DNA of 64,000 bases from Octopus sinensis (taxonomy: Eukaryota). Below, in pieces: positions 1 to 13,315 of this stretch. The stretch's first letter is position 1, and every line of letters begins with the position of its first letter. The position numbers and the translations under genes are program-made. The stretch is from the NCBI RefSeq assembly GCF_006345805.1, contig NC_043006.1, positions 44,516,001 through 44,580,000 on the forward strand, given 5' to 3'. The notes below the pieces were generated by a model that saw nothing but the letters and a program-made list of their open reading frames with translations, ran no database searches and was not told the DNA's origin.

Positions 1-24
1 TCATGGAGTATTTGTTAATATATA

Positions 25-385
25 TCATCATCATCATCATCATTCAATATCCATGGTCCATGCTGGCATGGGTTAGATGGTTTGACTGGAACTGGCTAGC
101 TGGAAGGCTGCTTCAGACTCCAGACTGATTTAGCATGGTTTTCTACGGCTGGATACCCTTCCTAATGCCAACCACTCTGAGAGTGTAATGGGTGCTTTTA
201 TGTGCCGCTGGCACGGGTGCCATTTGCATGACACTGGGGTGCATTTCCATGCCACCAGCATGGGTACCAATTTGCATGACACCAGTACCTGCCAAGACTG
301 TGATTTTGCTCAGCTTGACAAGTCTTCTTCTCAAGCACACATAATGCCTAAGGTCTTGGTCATTGCCTCCACGAGGCCCAACATA
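25..385 (-). mobile_element. (GAT)n-tailed repeat (family C, RTE 3' UTR-related)
   Basis: Reverse complement of ...aggaagggcatccagc...aacccatgccagcatgga...(gat)n, shared with about 17 copies in the window. Confidence 0.75.
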
Positions 386-431
386 TATATACAGGGTGTG
401 GTGAATATATATATATATGTATATATATATA

Positions 432-1243
432 CAGGGTGTGGTGAATATATTGTTGTCTATGCAAAAATGAAAATGACACTGACATCTCATTTTAACAGAA
501 ATATTTTTATTAAAATTGCTTAAAAATATCTTGAAATACTAAGGCGTAAATTTATTTAATAAAATCACCACTGGCTTCAACAATGGCCTCGAAACACCTT
601 CAGAATCCCCTGCATCTCTTCTGGACAGTCGCCTTGTTTAAGTTGGTGAAAGTTGCCATAATCCTTGTGTTCAGTTCATCTTTGGTTTTACAAGGAGTTT
701 TGTTGGTCTCTTGTTCAACTGCACCCCACACATAATAATCAAGGGGATGGCGGTCTGGGGAGTTAGGTGGTCAGATGTTAGGGATAATGTGATTGCAGAA
801 ATTGTCTGACAGCCATGACTGGGTTCTCCTGCTTGTGTGACATGGCGCAGAGTCCTGTTTCTAGACATAGGGTCTTCCAGCAGCCAACCACTTGACACAG
901 GGCAGGACTATTTCCTGCAGGCACTTGATGTAGGTCTCTGTTTTGAGTCTTAGACCATGTGGGAAAATGAATCACTATCACTAGTGATCACTACAAACAC
1001 CATGATGTTGAGTGGATGTTTGATTTTTATCACTCTCGGTACATGTCCTCAGATTGACACTCAAACACTCTGAAATGTTTGTATTGGGGCTTCTGGTGCA
1101 AATGCCAAGCAGTATAGCATGTTGTTTCCAAATTTCTGGCAGAGTGAAATGTGTCATAGTGCTGTTTTTCGCATAGACGATGTCCAACTGACCCTATTAT
1201 ATTTTGTAGTTGACAATGGCGACAATTTATCCACTGCACCCTC
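432..1243 (-). mobile_element. Internally deleted Tc1/mariner-superfamily (Tc1/maT-like) transposon
   Basis: TA|CAGGGTG-type ends; degraded transposase N-terminus (LPEIWKQHAILLGI...NISECLSVNLRT) joined to C-terminus (QDSAPCHTSRRTQSWLSDNF...PPNSPD..PLDYYVWGAVE). Confidence 0.85.
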
Positions 1244-1336
1244 ATTATATAGACTGGGACTGACCATAACTATTTTTATCTAATTACCCTATTGCTCTAT
1301 AACTTAGTGTGGGCTTCTCTTTCAGATTTATGATTC

Positions 1337-1376
<40 letters not shown>

Positions 1377-1447
1377 CATACATATACCTTTATTAAAGCT
1401 ACAAAAATCTTCCCAAACTGTTTGCGAAAATTTTTGCAGCTTTAATA

Positions 1448-2014
1448 TTGGGTTGTCCGGAATGTTCATGCTGATTTTTAAAGGAAAGAAAAAGGTCAAT
1501 AAATACTTGCCATTACATTTTTAATCAACCAAATATGAACCATTTTGTTGCACAATGCGTCTCCATCTTTCCTTTAACTTGAAAATACCCTCTTCCCAGA
1601 ATTAAGGTGGTTTCATGGCAAAGAATTCATCAAGGTATCTTTTTACGTCATCCAAGGAATTGAAATTTTTACCATTAAGACTATTTTGCAGAGATCTGAA
1701 TAAGTGGAAATCCGAAGGAGCAATATCTGGTGAATATGGAGCATGGGGGTAATACATCCCAGCTGAGCTGCAGCAATTTTTGTCTGGTTCCCAAAGCATC
1801 AAGTGCCGAAAACGAACTTTTTTATCTTCCATTTTAAAGGGTTACAGAATTAACACAGGTTATAGGAACATAAACCTTCTTCCACGAAAAGATAGCTTAA
1901 ACTGTGCTCTAAATGGAGGTGTAGTCAAATCCTATTTTATGGACTCGACCATGTTCTAAATTAAGTGGAAAGGTAAGCTACTATAAATCGGCACAAACTT
2001 TCCGGACAACCCAA
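1448..2014 (-). mobile_element. 567-bp internally deleted mariner
   Basis: TIRs TA|TTGGGTTGTCCGGAA ... TTCCGGACAACCCAA|TA; MEDKKVRFRHLMLWE joined to HAPYSPDIAPSDFHLFRSLQNSL. Confidence 0.9.
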
Positions 2015-2749
2015 TAAAAGCATATTACTCTATCTTCAGTATTCAAGTACTAATTTTTCACCTTGTTCTTACTCGTGTGTGTGTGTATTTTTCTCAGTTG
2101 ATTGTTATGACTGGTCAGAAAGTGGTCATTGGTCTTCCACCTACGAAATACTTTGAGCTGATTTGATTAGCTAAGATATTTCATATCTATTCATGTACCT
2201 TGTTCTGTAGTTTTTAAAAATATACTTTTAACCTCAGTGACCTGCAGAAAATGAAGCATAATTAAAATTACATAATAACTTTCAGACAATTGGGTTTTGT
2301 TTCTTCAAGGAAATTTTGTTTATTTACCTTCAAACTTTGAACCATTTTATTCTATCAATGCATTCATTGCATTACTTTCCCACATAAAAATTTAAAATAC
2401 AGGTTTTACAAGTAGAATCAATCTGCTCATCCACGTATGCATTGATACACAAGTAGTTATAATTTTATTATGTCACTATTTCTTTACAGAAATATTCTAC
2501 CATTTCAGTACACCAGAAGGAACATCTGTGCTTTTCTTAAGTAATTTTCCCATTATAGTTTCAAGAAAAGTCAGAAAACACATGCAAGAGAACAGATGAC
2601 TGTGGAGACTCAGATTTGATCAAAACATTCCATAACATATTCTGCATGGAATCGTTGGTCGTTTTTTATTATTATTTCTCTCATCTGTTGTTTCTGGGGT
2701 TAATAGTCATTTCTTTTTTTACTCAAAGAACTCCAGACAACAGACAAGA

Positions 2750-3030
2750 TGACAGATTTTATCATTGCTCTCTATTCTTTGTAGCAGTTTCCAACTCCTT
2801 TAGTTGGATGTTCTTGAATATGAGATTTCGCTTCAAGACAGTTCTGAACCTCAGTCAGGAGTCTGCCATGATGACATTTTCCTGTCAATACTACAAAATA
2901 AAAGATGATCTTTGGCAGTCATCTATTGTCCATCTTTTGAATATGGCTAGTCCAGCATAGCTCATGGAAAATGGACATAACCTTGATGCTTATCATTTCT
3001 TGATGCTATGGGATATAGATGTTGTTCTTT
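2750..3030 (-). pseudogene. Degraded RTE LINE ORF C-terminal fragment
   Basis: Translation LCWTSHIQKMDNR*LPKIIFY...GKCHHGRL resembles the RTE motif LRWxGHVxRMxxxRLPKxIFY...GKRxxGRP. Confidence 0.6.
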
Positions 3031-3201
3031 TGCTCTCACTTAATACCTAGAAGTGAACAATTTTACCATAAACTTAATATAGATTTTACAAAATTACACA
3101 ATTTCTATATAGTAAACATTATTATGTGTTTTTTTTTTTAAATTTTGATTAGGCCAGCAATGATTGTAGCTGATTGACCAATTTGGGCCATTCCCTTAAA
3201 G

Positions 3202-3461
3202 TTAGTGGTCCCTAGCAGTTTTTGTGTCACAGACCAGTTTCACGCAAGACAATTTTCCTAAGGACTAAGAAAATACATGCATAACAAAACACAATAAAGT
3301 GCAAAATATATAATTTAATTATTATGCATATAATATATATATAACGTGAAAAACACCCTGCAGACTGTGATAGTCAATAAAATAGAAACGAAATTTTAAA
3401 ATTATTCTTTTTGTGTGGCCCAGTATCAAATGATCCTTGGATCAGGGTTTGGGGACCCCTG
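3202..3461 (+). mobile_element. hAT (Charlie/MER1-like) MITE
   Basis: Right end ggggacccctg followed by ctttaaag; degenerate left end preceded by ccttaaag; internal gaccagtttc...agacaattttcc. Confidence 0.55.
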
Positions 3462-4745
3462 CTTTAAAGAATTTGACAAATCTATAGAAACTACTCTTAA
3501 AATCTGAGGGGAATGACTTGATAAAAAGTGTAGTTGAGTACTTTTTATTGCATCTAGGTAGAAGATGAATATGGGGGTTAGTTCGTTGGTTGGACCTGTT
3601 AAAGGAGCTAGTAATGCCAGTATTTTCAACACAGTGATATGAGCTCAATCAGATACTCTGGATACGAAAGATGTATATATCCCAGGTATCTATCAGATAA
3701 GATGTTTCTGAACATGTTCTATTTGTATTTTGAATATAAAAGGAGTTCCAAATGTTAGAAACGTCTATTCTAATTTATATCTGACTTAAGTTTTATACAT
3801 ATGAAATAAGGATTTTGTCATTATTTAACAAACTGAAAATTATTGCAGATATAGACCAGCTTTTAGAAATTACTTGGTAATAAGCGTTAAAATTTAAATA
3901 ATTAGTAAATTTATTCCAAACTTCCTAATTGTAGAAACTGAAGAAATAGGAATGGAACCACCTTACTGTTTTTGAGTACTGTCATATATCAAATATAATA
4001 TATTTGGAAATGCTAATTTTGAGTCATGCTGGAGCTCATTGAATATTTTTGAATGAATTTTTTAGATAATCATTTATGGTATATTTAGGATTAAAAATTT
4101 ACAATTTAGCATTGTCTGCATATAATTTTATGGGGCTAATCTGATAACTGAATTAATATCATTGATAGAAAGAAAATTAGGCCCAAAGACTATCTTGAAT
4201 GATATCACTCTCAATTAGGAGCAATGGAGAGGATCTGTCTTCAATATCAACAAACTAAGGTAAATATTTGCCAAAAATAAATCACAAAAATTCAAGAGTA
4301 CCACCAGCATTACCACTTGGTATAACACTGTATCGAGGCTTTTTAAATGGTTTTTGAATCTAGTATTTTGTTTTTAGAGAATAATATTTCCATCTTGATG
4401 GTTTTATATAGGCATATAAGTAGGTGGCAAGGAAGTGGAGTGAGTTAGATATCCTCAATGTAGGAAGCAGTAGAAACGAATGTATTTGAGGAAGACTTTG
4501 AGCTGGAGTAACTGGAAGTTTTGTAGTTGATGTCCAGGTGAGAGCGACATCTGGTGGCATTTGAGTAATTTCCATTCTTCAGGCTGAAGTCTGAATAGAG
4601 TATATGCTGCATAGCACAGATGGCCTATTGATTAGAGCTGAGAAATTTGTGTCTAGGAGAGGATTAGGAAGTGTGGTTTGCAATAATGATTGTACAAAGA
4701 GCAGTGATTTAGTGGAGAAGGAAGGAATTACTCCACACTGGCTTC

Positions 4746-4900
4746 TATGAAGGTTGGCTGAAAAGTTCATCAGCTAACTAAGGCACTCAGAATATGACCA
4801 AATGAGATTTTATTTTTCATCATAATCTCCCTTGCGGTTCTCACATTTCTTCCATCAGTATTGCAGTGCTTGGATCCCATTGACGTAGAAGTTTTCATAG
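4746..4900 (-). mobile_element. Mariner terminal remnant
   Basis: TIR-like tatgaaggttggctgaaaagttc plus the decayed 3' end of a transposase coding region. Confidence 0.5.
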
Positions 4901-5249
4901 TTGTTTGCTAGTTTGCACATCTTCAAGACAGACATAATTTATATGTAACAACTGCATTTCAACAAAGCTTCACAAGCCAGCAATGTTTGGACACTAAATG
5001 AGTGTGTTTAGAAGGGGTTTCACCACTCTGTACATTTTGGTCAGAGCGCCTGAGGACACTTTTGTGTTTGTAGTGTTTATTTCAAACCAAAATTTTTACA
5101 CTACTGTAAATACTGCCACGCCATAAATTCATGGAAATTAGCTGTAATTGATTATCTGTTGGAGTCTGGTGTTTCCCCAAGAACATCGTCATTCTTCCCT
5201 ACCACTATTCCCTTACAGAATGCTAATGCTGTTCTACCAGCCACATTAC

Positions 5250-5570
5250 CCAAATGGCAGAGGACCGCTATTGCTTCACAAAATTGCAGATGTTAGGTGC
5301 CTCAGGATTGCAGCTCCATCAAAGAGATTAGCTGTGGTAAAATGCATCTTAGAATCAGCAACAATAGGCAAGTTTATTTTGCCACTAGATGTTGAATGTC
5401 TCAATAAAAACATGGTTGCAATGCTGATGGAATGCAAACTGTTAACTTTCCAAAATGTATTGAGTGTTATCAGCCTGGACAGTTGCATCTCTCACAAGTC
5501 TAGTAATATATAGTTTGTTCCAGATGCGTCTCAACATGACTACCCACCCTGTTAGTGGAAGGACAAATAC
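5250..5570 (-). pseudogene. Highly degraded RTE endonuclease fragment
   Basis: Fragments NRVGSHVET and LITLNTFWK resemble NARVG and LxITNTFF of the RTE apurinic endonuclease; frameshifted. Confidence 0.35.
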
Positions 5571-8500
5571 TTAAGATTTTAAATTCAACATGATTTGTTT
5601 TACAACATTCTCCATTTTATCATTCCACTAAAATTTCCTTAGATCAACAGACTTCACACACACACAGCACAGCTGGGAATCCTTTGAACATAGGTTCGCT
5701 TGATTCCTTGTGAATTGGGGCTAGACATCAACAGCATCCTATGGGGACTGTAGCAGCATTGTACACTATTTATAAACCAAACTATTCAGTTCTTTAACAA
5801 ATTCCAATTGCACTCTGAGCCATTTTAGTTTTTTAAGTACGTGACTGAAAAATTTAGCCTGCAAAAAGCTGTTGAGAAGACAAGAACTTGGTTATCTTGA
5901 AGCAAAAAGTTGTCATAATGCTTACATGGCCATTGAGTCACTCCATTACCTTGTATGATTGACAAATAAAGGAAATAAAACACCTGTAAGTTTTGATGGA
6001 ATGTGTCACATTTAGTGAAATTTACACTGGAAACATTGCGTAAACATCCTTAACTACTTATCTACGAAAGTGTAGCCATTGTCAATTACTGCAGGTAAAA
6101 ATCTAATTAAAACTTACAACTTTTTTCTCTCACAAAAACAATAATCCAACAAAACATCAAAATCAAAGAAACTTTTAAAACAATGTCTTTATAAAACATT
6201 GTTATCTGTCAGACGGAAATTAAATTTAACAGCTTTAAGAAGACTTTGAAAACAGATCTGAAACAAACTTGTTCTCACATTTTCTTTTTTCTTCCTTTTA
6301 AAATTATTTGTAGAATATGGAAGAAGGGGAAGAGGAAACTGCTGATGTAACTCATTTGTAGTTAACTGGGTAGCAAGATTCTGTTTTAGCTAGATTCCTC
6401 TGTGTGTGCATGTGCGTGTGCATATGTGCATGCACACACACACACACACGACTGAAGTGCATATTTTACATGCATCAGTCCATGATATATAGATTTTTCC
6501 TCAGGTTCACCACCATTACAAAAATAATCAGCATCATGGCTCTGCTTTGACTTTGTGCTCTGGAAAATGTCAGGATAGGATTCCATTTTACTCTCCTAAA
6601 TAAAAAAAGTGGCTCATTAAAAGTCTCTTTCTGAAAGACAAAGGCATTTTTCAATATCACTGTGAAATTAGCTATTTAGTGAATATATAAGATTAAACTG
6701 TGAGTATGAAATGTTTATTGGATTTCACTATCTTAAAATTAAGCCATGATGTCTTTCTTTTTAAATTAATTCACATCTTGTGAGCTTTTACTGGTTGTGA
6801 GTTTATCAAATTTCATTCTTGTGAAAGGACTAGAGTCCACTGGACTTAGATCGGTAGCCACCACACACATTTTTTTTCTCTCCTTGTTTCTTTCTGTGGA
6901 AGAGCATAGGCTCAAAATGTAAAAGACTTTTTCAATTCCTGAACGCTACCAGAGCTGGAATTACCGCAGCTGCTGGTATATATATCTGTTGCTAATAGAT
7001 CTATAGAGCACTTGATATCTGCAGATATGTAGCATCTGATGTATTTGGCCAGTGGGTTTTTTAACTTAGCAGTTTAATTGTTGGCACAAACTATAATGAA
7101 TAATAATTTTTACACTACTACATACAGACTAGCACACACACACACACACACACACAAAACAACACATACACTCTTTAATTTATTTGTATCAAGTGAGACC
7201 ATGTTTCATTTTTCGTAAGTCCTTTGTTCCTTTCAGAGCAGAGGCTGTCAAGGAGTTTTCTCCACTGCCCTTGGCTCTGGGCTGTCTTCTCTGATTCACT
7301 CCTTCAACCCCTGCTTTTTCAGCTCTACCTGAGTATCCCACCTCCAGCTATTTTTAGGCTGTTGTCTCTTTTACATCCTTGTGAGTTCCAAGTCAAGGCC
7401 TGAGGAGTGAAGCAGGAGGTTTTTTTTCCTTTCAAATTTTGCTGCATGATATCATATATTTCCCTACCTAAGTGAAAGCCTTCCTCTCTCAAGTCTTGTT
7501 GGTTTTGAATTGTCATCGATGCTTCTGTAACTTTATTTTTTCTCATAGGTAGGGTTATTGGTTTTACACAAACCATTTTAACCTCTGGGAAGTGGTGGCT
7601 CATATGAAACTGGCCTCTATCCTTTGACCTGGCCTCTATCCTTCTGCACAGAAGGCCCAACTACATACATACTAGACTTTCTGTATTATCACCATTCCTA
7701 AGGTGTTGTTGGTTAACAAATCTACCAATGAGAGATTGCTGTTTAAATATAAATGCTTGTCCAAATATTTAGTATCGATTTTGCTTGGTCAAAGCACTTG
7801 TTTCAGAGCTATTATTGATGCATAAGGATCATATTTAATCAAAATCACAAATACCAGATGAGTAGTTGACCATTTCAATGGATAACTTTGAAGATTATTT
7901 CCTTATTGTTGATTTTTGTCAAATTTTATTGATCAAATACTTAGCTCAAACATTTGGTCTAATCAATCTAATCATTTGTATATAGCAAAAATATTTCCTT
8001 TTTAATCCTAAATAGAAAGAAATGCTGAATAGACTAAATTTTTCTTTTATTTTTTGATATTATTATATGAGTGAAGGTGTGCAGCCTAATGGTTAGGGGC
8101 AGTTATGGGAAACCTTTGGCTTGTGGAACTTTCTAAATGGCATGCCTAGTGAAAATTTAACTTCAGTCTTTTTTTTTTCTTTTGGTAGCGCAGCCCATCT
8201 GATGATAAGCTTTTTCTAATGCAGGACACTTCTTGAAAAAGGTTGCCTATGTCTAGGTTACAGTGTTGCACTCACGACCATAGGCTCATAGTTTTGATTC
8301 CTGGATCAGAATGTGCATTGTGTTCTTGAGCAAAACACATTATTTCATGTTGCACCAGTCCACTCAACTGCAAATAAGTAACCCTGCGACAGACTGGTGT
8401 CCCATTTAAGGGGAATGTTTGGATCCCAGTTGCTTATATGCTATAGGCCTGCACACCAAGCCAGCAGGATGGCATCATTTGAAAGCTACAACTATGTGAG

Positions 8501-8786
8501 GAATTGCATTGTGACCATCGGTGTATAATATCTGATAGTCTGGTCAATACAGTGATTATTATTCATATTCATATGTTAGAGACTACTCTAGGTGTAATTC
8601 TTTAAAACTCATTCATTGCCACGTTTCTGTTGAAACTCACTTCTTTTGAAAACAATGAAAACTTTAGTAAAGTAACTTTGTCATTATTAAGCTGGTGTTT
8701 GGAACATAAACTAATATGCAGTTTTGGTGTAAGATTTTAATCGGCGGAATTTGAACTCAGAATGTAAAGACAGACGAAATACCTAT

Positions 8787-8997
8787 TTCTTTACTGCCCA
8801 CAAGGGGCTAAACAAGGACAGACAAACAGATTAAGTCGATTATATCGACCCCAGTGCGTAACTGATACTTGTTTAATCGACTCCGAAAGGATGAAAGGCA
8901 AAGTTGACCATGGCGGAATTTGAACTCAGAACGTAGCGACAGACGAAATACGGCTAAGCATTTCGCCCGGCGTGCTAACGTGTCTGCCAGCTCGCCA
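8787..8997 (-). mobile_element. tRNA-headed SINE family B (Meta-domain-like core)
   Basis: ggcgagctggcag head; gactttgcctttcatcctttcggggtcgat core; many copies in the window. Confidence 0.8.
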
Positions 8998-9301
8998 CAT
9001 ATATTGGAACCTTTTCTTTTGTGCTTGTTTCCCCTAACTTAATAACCAGATTCTTTCCCTGGCCCACTGTATAATATTAATATATATATTCCGTTTCCAA
9101 AGAGTTAAAATATTTCAGTGCCAAATCTTAATCAAGACCTGAATTGATTTATATTTTTATAAGCAACTAAAATGTGAATGGAAATGGAATTATAATAGAG
9201 TCACAATAATTGCATATTGAATTTCATATTTTCCAGAAACACTTTGGGAAATGGTTCAGATATTGATTGTTTCTATATGGACATGAACCAATTTTACAAC
9301 A

Positions 9302-9352
9302 ATGGAATCTAAATTCAGTGACAGCACTTGTTTGGAAAAAGAATTTTCTCAG
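9302..9352 (+). CDS. SEA/mucin-like type II membrane protein, coding exon 1 (MESKFSDSTCLEKEFSQ)
   Basis: Acceptor ttttccag|A at 9237; in-frame TGA at 9284-9286 upstream; ATG in ACAACAATGG context; donor CAG|gtgagt at 9353; phase 0 matches the next exon. Confidence 0.7.
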
Positions 9353-10759
9353 GTGAGTAGATTTTTCATTTTCTTTGAATTGTACATTCTTAGCTTTTCC
9401 AATTAAAACATTTTTTTTTGCCATTTAAGTTTTCAAGAGCTTTGTAAGTGTCATGTGTTAAAAACAGTTTGTGAGAAAGAGGAAAGAAGATGTGACATTT
9501 TCAGTTTTTCTCAAAGGTATAAGGGATGTGAGGCGATATTTGGTCAATTGAGAATCTTGGTCTTGACTTACTGTAAAAACAAGACATAAATATTGGTTCC
9601 ACATTTGAACTCAGAACATAAAGCCAGACAAAATGATGCTAAGTAATTTGCCTGGCATGCTATAATGATTCTGCCAGCTTGTCACCTTGAACATGGCATA
9701 AATATTGGTTTGAAATTTTTGCACAAGGCCAGCAATTTAGGGGGATAGGCAATTTGATTACATTGACCCAATGCTCAATAGGTAATCCTTTTATTAGCCC
9801 TAAAAGGATGAAAGGTAAAGTTGTTCTTGGAATTTGAACTCAGAACATTAAGATGGATGAAATGCCACTAAGCATTTTGTTTGGCATGCTAACAATTCTG
9901 CCAGTTCACTGCTTTAAACAAGACCAAAATTGACAGGCCCCCTCCCTAAGAATTTCAGGCTTTGTGCTTAGAGAAGAAAAGAATTTTTTTTTTCATATTC
10001 TAATGGTAGAGAGAGCTGACCAAGGGAATTTTGGTGAAGTTCATTCGTTTTTTACTTGTTTCAGTCATTGGACTGCGACCATGCTGGGGCACTGTCTTGA
10101 AGAGTTTAATCAGACAAATCAACCCCAATATTCATTTGTAAGCCTAGTTCTTATTCTATTGGTTCTTTTGTCAAACAGCTAAGTTACAGGGATATAAACA
10201 AACCAACACCGGTTGTCAAGGAGTGGGGATGGAGAAATACAAGCACAAAGGCACACACACATGCATGTACACACACACATGATGGGCTTTCACACTCTTT
10301 CCATCTTCCAAATTCACTCACAAATTTTAGGAAGAAAATAGTCTTTCATTCATTCATTTGACAGAACTGGTATGCTGGGGATCTCCACCAGGTTCCAGTC
10401 TGATTTGGCACGGTTTCTACATTTAGATGCACTTCCTAACACCAACCACTCCAAGAGTGAAGTGGCTGCTTTTTATGTACCACTGGCATGGGTGCCAGTT
10501 ATGTGACACTGGCATCGGCCATGACTGTGATCTCACTTGGCTTGATAGGTCTTCTCAAACATGGTATACCACCAAAGCTCTCAGTCACCTGTCACTGCCT
10601 CCATGAGGCTCAACATTTGAATGGTGCATTTTACGTGCCACTGGCATGGGTGTCAGTCACGTGGCACTGTCATTGGCCAGTAATTTCTATTGTATGAAAA
10701 ACAGGAATATTAAAAAATCTTAGTAGAAACCTCACTCCTAATTCGTTTCCCTTTCTCCA

Positions 10760-11069
10760 TGAGGTTTGTTTGTTCCTTCTCGAGCCATGCCTGGCTCATA
10801 AGGGCCGGTTTCCTGGATTCCCTGGCGTATAGGTTCCCCACCTGAACGGGATGTCAGTCCGTCACAGGTGAGCTGCAAGATGCAGGAGGAAAGAGTGAGA
10901 GAAAGTTGTGGTGAAAGAGTCAGCAGACGTTTGCCATTACCTTCTGCCGGAGCCGCGTGAAGCTTAGGTGTTTCACTCATAAACACACACATTGCCTGGT
11001 CTGAGATTCGAACCCGCGATCCTTCGACCGCGAGTCTGCTGCTATAACCACTAGGCCATGTGCCTCCAC
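10760..11069 (-). mobile_element. tRNA-derived SINE with V-domain-like segment
   Basis: A box (tggcctagtgg) and B box (ggttcgaatc) head; ctgtgacggactgacatcccg resembles the V-SINE domain. Confidence 0.7.
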
Positions 11070-11574
11070 TTTCTCTTTGAGGTACTGATAGCTATTCTGA
11101 AACACTGCTATGTGTAATTTCAAAAGCATCTCTTATGGATGTACTGTGGTATATAACATAAACATTTTTTGTAGCTGATGAAAATTGCCCAACAGCAATG
11201 CTGAGAATGTTAGATGTGTGCATTTCTACTTCCTTAGACTTTGTCAGCTGCATGGATCCATGGACAATCACATACTGTGACATAAAAACAAATTGGGATT
11301 GAATGATTGTCTGATATGTCAACAGTTTCAGTCATTTTATTGACACTGCTAATATCATTAGGGAAAAAAAAAATCATAAATGTTAAAACTTCCCATTCCT
11401 TCTCTTCTGTAAATACAAGACTTCCTTTCTTCACAGATGCACACAAAAACACATGCATACATACACACACACAGAGTGCACACAAAACTTAATAATGACA
11501 CAAAACCCCGAAATCCAAACAATGTTCAGTTAATGGTTTCATCAAGTCTGTTTTTTTGTTTTCTCCTCATTTAG

Positions 11575-11827
11575 CAAGACAGTTCCATTGAATTCTCTGT
11601 CGTCCGCTCCAGTAGTTTGCTCGACTTTCTCAATTATTCCGATTGTATCACTCAGGCTGAAGGTGAACCAGCAGGCTCAAGCCTTACAGAAACATCAGCT
11701 CCAGTTTCTTCTGAACATATTTTCCAACAATCTAATCTCCGAAAACAATGGATTGCTTCTGTTTCAATTCTGTCATTCTCTCTCATGGTTATCACAATCA
11801 CTTTTATCATGGTTTTCCTTACACATG
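11575..11827 (+). CDS. SEA/mucin-like protein, exon 2, containing the transmembrane helix WIASVSILSFSLMVITITFIMVFLT preceded by RKQ
   Basis: Polypyrimidine acceptor ttttctcctcatttag|CAA; open frame of 84 codons + 1 nt; donor CATG|gtaagt; phase 0 to 1. Confidence 0.85.
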
Positions 11828-12474
11828 GTAAGTTGCTCCACCAAACAAATCCCTTCTTTATAGCTGTAGCTGCTTAACCCTTTACCATTCAAATTACTCT
11901 GTCAAATGTAATGATTATTGTAGTAATTATAATTAGCCACTTATTGATGGGTATCTTTGACAGGGAAAAGTGAAGCATAGAATAAACTACCTGCCTCAGT
12001 TGTTAGCTGTTGGGACACTACATCCTTCAAAACTTCCATGCTTCCCGAAATTCAGTAAGAGTACACCTGATACCACCACCCTTTTTTTTAACAATTTGTT
12101 CACCATTCACTTCCTGTGTATTATTCTGGGTGCTATTCATGCACTTTGGGCTACATTTTCTGATGAGCTGTAGTTCACCTGAGCACTGTATACAATAAGT
12201 TCATTCATCCTCCTCCTCCTCAACATTTAATGTCTGTTTTCCATGCTGTCATGGCTTGGATGGCATAACAGAAACTGGCAAGGCTATGGGTCGCATCAAG
12301 TTCCATAGTCTGTTTTGGCTTGGGTTCTACAACTGGATGCCCCTCCTAACACCAACCACTCCACAGAATGTACTGAGTGATATTATTATTATTATTACTA
12401 TAAGTGATGAAGGTGGCAAGTTGGCAGAATCATTAGCATGCCAGGTAAAGTGCTTAGTGGCATTTTGTTCATCT

Positions 12475-12928
12475 TGTAGCGGCACAAGCAGCCAGTGCCA
12501 TATTGGATGAGATTTTGCGGCAGCCATTGCCATCTCCGAGACTGTAGCGAGACCTCACCTGCATCCATTTGCCATGCATAAGAGACAAGGCTCATGATGG
12601 AAACGATGTAGATGGAAAACCGATTCAATCCCGTCTCTTCTTCTTCGGCACCATTACACAGCAGCATTGGCTAAACAGCAAAGCTGGCAGAGTTTTTCTG
12701 CCTGACTATCTCCAGAGGCAATTTTGCACCCACACTAACGGAGCTTAAGATGGTAGCTGAGAGCAGTACACTTCACCTTTCTTGTAAATAAACCAGTTGT
12801 AAATAGCAGTTGTACTTGAAGTCTTTTCTCCTCACCTGCTGAAAGCCTGAACTACATAAAGAACAAGATGAATGATGGAAGAAGATGATATTCCTCCGAT
12901 ATCATAAACCTTGCCTTCCATTATTAAG
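12475..12928. mobile_element. Solo LTR (Gypsy-like), inserted in a family B SINE
   Basis: Starts TGTAG; 4-bp TSD atct (12471-74 and 12929-32); internal aataaa; homologous copy at 35086. Confidence 0.7.
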
Positions 12929-13202
12929 ATCTTTACATTCTGAGTTCAAATTCCACCAAGGTTAACTTTGCCGTTCATCTTTTCGGGGTCGATAAAATAA
13001 ATACCAGTTGAGTACTGGGGTTGATGTAATTGACTATTCCTGCCATCCTTTATAGTAGAAAGGATTATTATTATAATTGGTCTATATTTTTACATCACTT
13101 AATTATAATTTTACCTCTTTAGTAATTAATACCTTGATTGTTGTTTTTGATAATGTTAAAATATTTCCTTGCTTTGATGGCCCCGTTACATTTTTTGCAC
13201 AG

Positions 13203-13315
13203 GTGAGGTCATCACATATCTCCACATGGATGTGCTCAATGTACGTTATCACCCAGCAATGAAGAATAAAACATCGAAACAGTTCAAAGAAATATCTGTG
13301 CCATTCTGTCATGAG
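13203..13315 (+). CDS. Exon 3, N-terminal part of SEA-like domain (GEVITYLHMDVLNVRYHPAMKNKTSKQFKEISVPFCHE)
   Basis: Acceptor ttttttgcacag|GT; donor GAG|gtttgt; phase 1 to 0; N-x-x-Y ... K-T-S-x-x-F ... F-C pattern resembles the start of a SEA domain. Confidence 0.85.

Noticed and set aside
10995-11069. tRNA gene
   Set aside because: A and B boxes are present, but the acceptor stem does not close and the sequence continues into a SINE body. The same applies to 30700-30760.
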